From NCBI RefSeq assembly GCF_044704955.1, contig NC_091978.1, forward strand, positions 375,162,001 through 375,226,000: 64,000 bases of DNA. The letters run 5' to 3'. This document shows positions 58,935-64,000 of the stretch, in pieces (position 1 is the first letter of the stretch; the number at the start of each line of letters is the position of its first letter). This DNA comes from Pristiophorus japonicus (Eukaryota). The position numbers were made by a program, and so were the translations under genes. The notes beneath the pieces were generated by a model. The model had not been told where the DNA came from, searched no databases, and saw nothing but the letters and a program-made list of their open reading frames with translations.

Positions 58935-60427
58935 GTATGGCTGCAGGAGAGAAGGTGATAGAAACATTGTGAAATGAGAGGGTGCCAATCAGTTTGGTAC
59001 ATCCATCATTTTCACGGTCACTATAATTTTAACACAACTCATTCCAACTTATTTACACTGAAAGAGATTCTGTGGTTGTATCAGGAGGCAGCTCGGTGCT
59101 GTTTAAATTAATCACCCCCCTCCTGTTCTCCTTCCTGGAAAGGGGTTTGGAGCATGTTTTTTGTGCCTTTCTTCTCCAGTAATCACTGTAGGGAGCCCAA
59201 CATTCATCATTCTTCAATATTTGACTTTGTTGCTGCTTGGAATTCCTTATCCCTTTCCCTTATTGCAACATATTTGACAATTCACTACACATCTCCCAGC
59301 TTTCCTTCCACCACTGCTTTTGTTTACAGCAATATTTTCAGCACACATAGGGCTAGAAATTAGTATTCATTGTACCCAATGCAGACCAATTTAGCAGTGA
59401 GAGAGCCTGTGGCCACTCTGCACAGGCATTGGTCCCACTGCTCAATTCATGAGGCAGATACCTGAAATAGGATTTAGTGACAGATGGAGAGAGTGTGTAG
59501 ATTCAGTGAGGGAGAGATGGAGAGAGTGTGGATTTAGTGAGCGAGAGAAGGGGAGATGGAGAGAGTGTGGATTTAGTGAGGGAATTCCAGTTGGAGAATT
59601 TAAACAGTCCTGAAACTTGTATAAACAGGGGAAAGTTTACAAAGCTTCTATCCACCAAAATTCTCATTGTGGGTGCATAGATTTGCTCTTTGTTGTATCT
59701 TATTTCAACCATTGCATTCCTATCTACAACTGCTGTGTTCTACTAGATTCAGTCTTGGATCCCATTGCTGGCTTGAGATCTCTTCCTGTATCTCCCCTGC
59801 TGGCTGTCTCGGATTGTACATCTCCTGTCCCTGTAACTCTCTTTGAGCTGGTCCAGGTTTTAAATAAGCAGCAGGAGCCTGGAGTAAAGTTTAAATGTCA
59901 CAGGAGTGGAGCAGCGACTGACACGATACCCTGCTGGATCCACTGTCTTCAAATAAATTGCTCCACAAGGAAGGAAACTAGGAAGGAGGCAAATCGGGGA
60001 GAAGAAATGAATCTGAAGAGTTTGATTACATTTAAAAAGTGCCCTTGTTCAGGGCAGGATCTGGGCCTCAAACTCCACTCCATCACTCCTCCACAGGAGG
60101 TGTTGATGTGCTGGAATTGGGACTACAGCATGTCAACCTTGGGTTTGTTAATCCCAGTTTGTCTAATCAGTGATCCAAGAATTGGACGAGAGTGAAGTAA
60201 TCTTATATGCAAAGTGTTATTTCTGAAGTTAGACAGACGTGCACAGGAACAGCATCGTAATAATTCAATGGTGGCTGCAGGTGTGCCACTGAAGGTATGT
60301 GCCGCCCCTCACACTATGATCGCTGTCCGATTTATGACACTTATCCTGTATGACTGAACTAAACCACTTAACCTGCAGAAATGGATTATTGAGTTAAAAA
60401 AAAAAACAACTGTTTCTGTGTTCATAG

Positions 60428-60517
60428 GTCAAAGTGTCTAAATATATCCCCACCATCTCACAGAACTGAGAGACTTGCAACAGCCAAAAATCCTCCACTG
60501 ATATATCAGGAGCAGAG
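60428..60517 (+). CDS. THEGL: THEGL exon (SKCLNISPPSHRTERLATAKNPPLIYQEQR)
   Basis: tcatag|G ... AG|gtaaag, 90 nt, phase 2-2; resembles recalled human LRISDPSPRILQLSVAK; gene probably continues beyond the window. Confidence 0.75.
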
Positions 60518-60719
60518 GTAAAGTGGTCGACATTTTTCCGATTTTGTTTTAGATGGGTTACTAGTGTGGTTACATTGGAAAATTAGGCCATTATTTCCTG
60601 AAATTATTTGCTGGGGATGACTGTGGGCAACTGGAGGGACTAGAATCATAGAATAGTATGGCACAGAAGGAGTCCGTTCAGCACTCGAGTCTGCGCTGGC
60701 TCTTTCGAAGACTAATCCA

Positions 60720-61795
60720 GTTAAAATTTGCAGATGATACCAGATCTGTGCGAGTGCTCGAACTGTAGAAGAGGCTCGTCTGATTCAGGCAGCTCTTAAT
60801 GTGTTGGGAGACTGGGCTCAAGATTGGAAAATTATGTATAACTTAGTAAGTGCAGTGTTATGCATGTGGGCAGGGCAAATGCTCAACATTCATACACCCT
60901 CCAGGGAAAGGCATTAAAGATGATGGAGATAGAAAGAGATTTGGGCATTCTAGTGCATACATCCTTAAAGTTGCATGAGCAATGCCGTGCAGCGATAGTT
61001 GGAGCAAATAGGGTGCTGGGGTGTATCCATAGGACAATTGAGTATAACACGAGGCGTAGAGTTCTGTCCTTGTACAAGGCCTTAGTCAAGCCGCATTTGG
61101 AGTACTGTGCCCAGTTTTGGTCTCCTCACATATTAATCTTCTCTGATATTGAGGCTCTGGAAAGGGTGCAGAGAGGGCCACTAGACTAAGTCCAAGTCTA
61201 AAGCTTCTCAGTTATCAAGATAGGTTAAAAGAGTTGAGACTCTCTACCATAAAGCAGGGGAGATATGATGGAGGTTTATAAGATAATGAATAGACGGTGT
61301 TTCAGCTGACAGTTTATTTCAATGAAATAGTTTAGGCAGGACCATGGGGCACACCGTTAAGTTGTATAAGGTTAGATCAAGGTTAGATGTCAGGAGGTGA
61401 TTCTTTCCCCCAGAGAACAGCAGGCCTCTGGAACAAGCTACCCTCATGTGGTGGATGCAGACTCACTGAATTCCCTTCGAGCAAAAGCTGGATTGGTTTC
61501 TGGCTGTGGCGGCGATCACCTTTTACAGCAAGGAGATACTGCAGGGAATCCAAGGCCAGAGTGACCTCCTGCACTAGTTTCAATCGCCTAGATGGGTCGG
61601 AGAGGAATTTCCCAGATTTTCTTCCCAAAATGGCCTGGGTTTTTTAAACTGTTTTTTTGCCTCTCCCAGGGGATCACGTGGTTTGGGGTGGGGTGCAGTG
61701 TATATGTTGTGATACACAAGGTATCTCAAGTGTGTGGGACAGGCTGGATGGGCCAGGTGGTCTTTACCTGTCCATTATTGTTCGTATGTTTGTAA
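60720..61795 (+). mobile_element. Divergent CR1-family LINE 3' part
   Basis: KFADDT, LYKALVKPHLEYCAQFWSP, LWNKLP. Confidence 0.85.
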
Positions 61796-61919
61796 AAGAA
61801 AGACTTTAAAAACTTGCGTTTATATAGCGCCTTTCACGACCACCGGATGTCCCAAAGTGCTTTACAGCCAATGAAGTACTTTTGAAGTGTGGTCTCTGTT
61901 GTAATTTAGGGTGTTAGTC

Positions 61920-63470
61920 CCGTTCTTCCGCTCTTTCCCCATATCCCTGCAATTATTTTCTCCTTCAAGTATATATCCAATTCCTTTTTGAAGGCTGCTA
62001 TTGAATCTCCCACATTACAACAGTGCCAACACTCCAAAAGTACTTCATTGGCTGTAAAGTGCTTTGCGACGTCCGATTGTTGTGAAAGGCGCTATATAAA
62101 TGCAGGTCTTTCTGTATTGAGCACCCTAAATCCTAACCACTCGTATAAAAAGGTTTTTCCTCATGTCGCCTCTGGTTCCTTTACAAATCACCTTAAATCT
62201 GTGCCCTCTGGTTATTGACCCTTCAGCTTCTCTTTATATTATCTATCTAAACCCTTCATGATTTTAAACACCTCTATCAAACTCCTCTTAGCCTTCTGTG
62301 CTGCAAGGAGAACAACCCCAGCTTGTCTCGCAACGTAAATATATTCCCTCATCCCTAGAACCATTTCTAGTAAATCTCTCTCTACCCTCTCCAAAGCCTT
62401 CACATCCTTCCTAAAGTGCGGTCACGACCACAGCTGGGGCTGAACTAGTGTTTTATAAAGATTTGTGCACTGCACCCCCAGGTCTCTCTGTTCCTGCACC
62501 CCTTTAATATTGTACCATTTAGTGTGTATTGTCTCTCCTCATTCTTTCTACCAAAGGGTATCACCTCACACTTCTCTGTGTTGAATTTTATCTGCCACGT
62601 GTCCTCCCATCCCACCAGCCTGTCTATGTCCTCTTGAAGTCTTACTATCCTCCTCACTGTTTACAACACCTCCAAGTTTTGTGTCATCTGCAAATTTCTA
62701 AATTGTGCCCTGTTTCCCCCAAATCCAATGAATTAATGTGTATCGAAAACAGCAGTGGTGCCAATACTGAAGCCTGGGGAACTCCACTGTATACCTCCCT
62801 CCAGTCCGAAAACAGCCATTCACCACAACTCTCTGCTTTCTGTCCTTTAGCCCATTGTGTATCCATGCTGCTGCTGCCCCCTTTATCCCATGGGCTTCCA
62901 TTTTACTGACAAGCCTAATATGTGGAACTTTCCTTTTGAAAGTCCATAAGCACAACATCAACAGCAGTACCCTCTTCCACCCTCTCTGTTACCTCATTAA
63001 GATAACTCAACATGATCATAGGCAGTCCCTCGGAATCGAGAAAGACTTGCTTTCACTCTTAGCATGAGTCCTTAGGTGACTGAACAGTCCAATACGAGAA
63101 CCACAGTCTGTCACAGGTGGGACAGACAGTGGTTTAGGGAAGGGGAGGGTGGGACAGGTTTTCCGCACGCTCCTTCCGCTGCCTGCGCTTGGTTTCTGCA
63201 TGCTCTCGGCGATGAGACTCGAGGTGCTCAGCGCCCTCCCGGATGCACTTCTTCCACTTAGGGCAGTCTTTGGCCAGGGACTCCTAGGTGTCGGTGGGGA
63301 TGTTGCACTTTATCAGGGAGGCTTTGAGGTTGTCCCTGTAACGTTTCCTCTGCCCACCTGGGGCTCGCTTACCGTGAAGAAACTCAACCAAGTTAGTCAA
63401 ACACGATTTATCCGTAACAATCCATTCTGCCTCCTTTATTAATTGATGCTTGTCCAAGTGGCTGTTAATT
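61920..63470 (-). mobile_element. Old CR1 with nested SINE tail (about 62010-62105) and RTE
   Basis: LQEDIDRLVGWEDTWQIKFNTEKCEV, SGVPQASVL. Confidence 0.8.
63012..63380 (-). mobile_element. RTE 3' end with 8-bp TSD
   Basis: TSD AACTCAAC at 63004-63011 and 63381-63388. Confidence 0.88.
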
Positions 63471-63477
63471 TTCTCTC

Positions 63478-63750
63478 AGAGAGAAACTATTTTCGCTGTT
63501 TGGGTTGTCTAGGACTCGGGGACATAGTCTAAAAATTAAAGCTAGATATTTCAGGAGTGAACACTTCTACACGCAAAAGGTGGTAGAAATTTGGAACTCT
63601 AATCTGCAAATGGCAATTGATGCTAAATCAAATGTTAAATTTCAATCTGCGATTGATAGATTTTTGTTAACCAAAGATATTAAGGGATATAGGGCAACGG
63701 TTGGTATATGGAGTTAGGCCGCAGATCAGGCATGATTTCACTGAACGGCG
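63478..63750 (+). mobile_element. CR1 3' fragment
   Basis: [17 protein letters not shown]. Confidence 0.8.
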
Positions 63751-63914
63751 AACAGTCGTAATAACAACAACTTGTATTTATATAGCGCCTTGAACATAGT
63801 GAAACGTCCCAAGGCGCTTCACAGGAGGATTATAAGACAAAAAATAGAGGGCTGAATGGCCTACTCCTGTTCTTGTGGTAACAGGCTCGAGGGGCTGAAT
63901 GGGCCGCCTCCTGT

Positions 63915-64000
63915 TCATAAGAACATAAGAAATAGGAGCAGGAGTCGGCCATTTGGCCCCTCGAGCCTGCTCCGCCATTCAATAAGATCATGGCTGATCT
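63915..64000 (-). mobile_element. CR1 3' tail, continues beyond the window
   Basis: cataagaacataagaaataggagcaggag. Confidence 0.85.

Noticed and set aside
59617-60195. 192-aa + strand ORF, and a possible minus-strand terminal exon (SCCLFKTW...) near 59725-59878
   Set aside because: No recognisable domain, no ATG start, no partner exons; lies within a THEGL intron.
60265-60372. Minus-strand acceptor followed by VKWF..., considered as HOPX
   Set aside because: Similarity is limited to KWF; the rest does not match the HOPX homeodomain.

Overview
Eukaryotic (vertebrate) genomic DNA, not prokaryotic. The repeat families (CR1 with (CTATGTTT)n/(TTATGTTC)n tails, RTE, Penelope, Deu-type SINE) point to a cartilaginous fish, probably a shark (inference). 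Three + strand genes lie in the same order as on human 4q12. (1) The last 13 coding exons of SRP72 (1424-28166), one intron of which has U12 minor-spliceosome signals. (2) A 4-exon ARL9 (31722-46950) with an ARL10-like hydrophobic N-terminus. (3) At least three short exons of a THEG-domain gene, THEGL/SPMAP2L (54038-60517), which the ORF track misses and whose likely promoter carries a tandem array of RFX X-box-like motifs. Much of the rest is transposon-derived: many CR1 LINEs (one with an intact 968-aa ORF2), RTE, Penelope with hammerhead-like motifs, a Tx1/L1-like double insertion, a solo LTR, an internally deleted LTR element, a Harbinger-type MITE, SINEs and minisatellites. There is a 200-N gap. 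I found no convincing wholly new biological system; the best leads are splicing and regulatory oddities. Protein identifications come from recalled human sequences, not a database search. Repeat boundaries are approximate unless a TSD is given.
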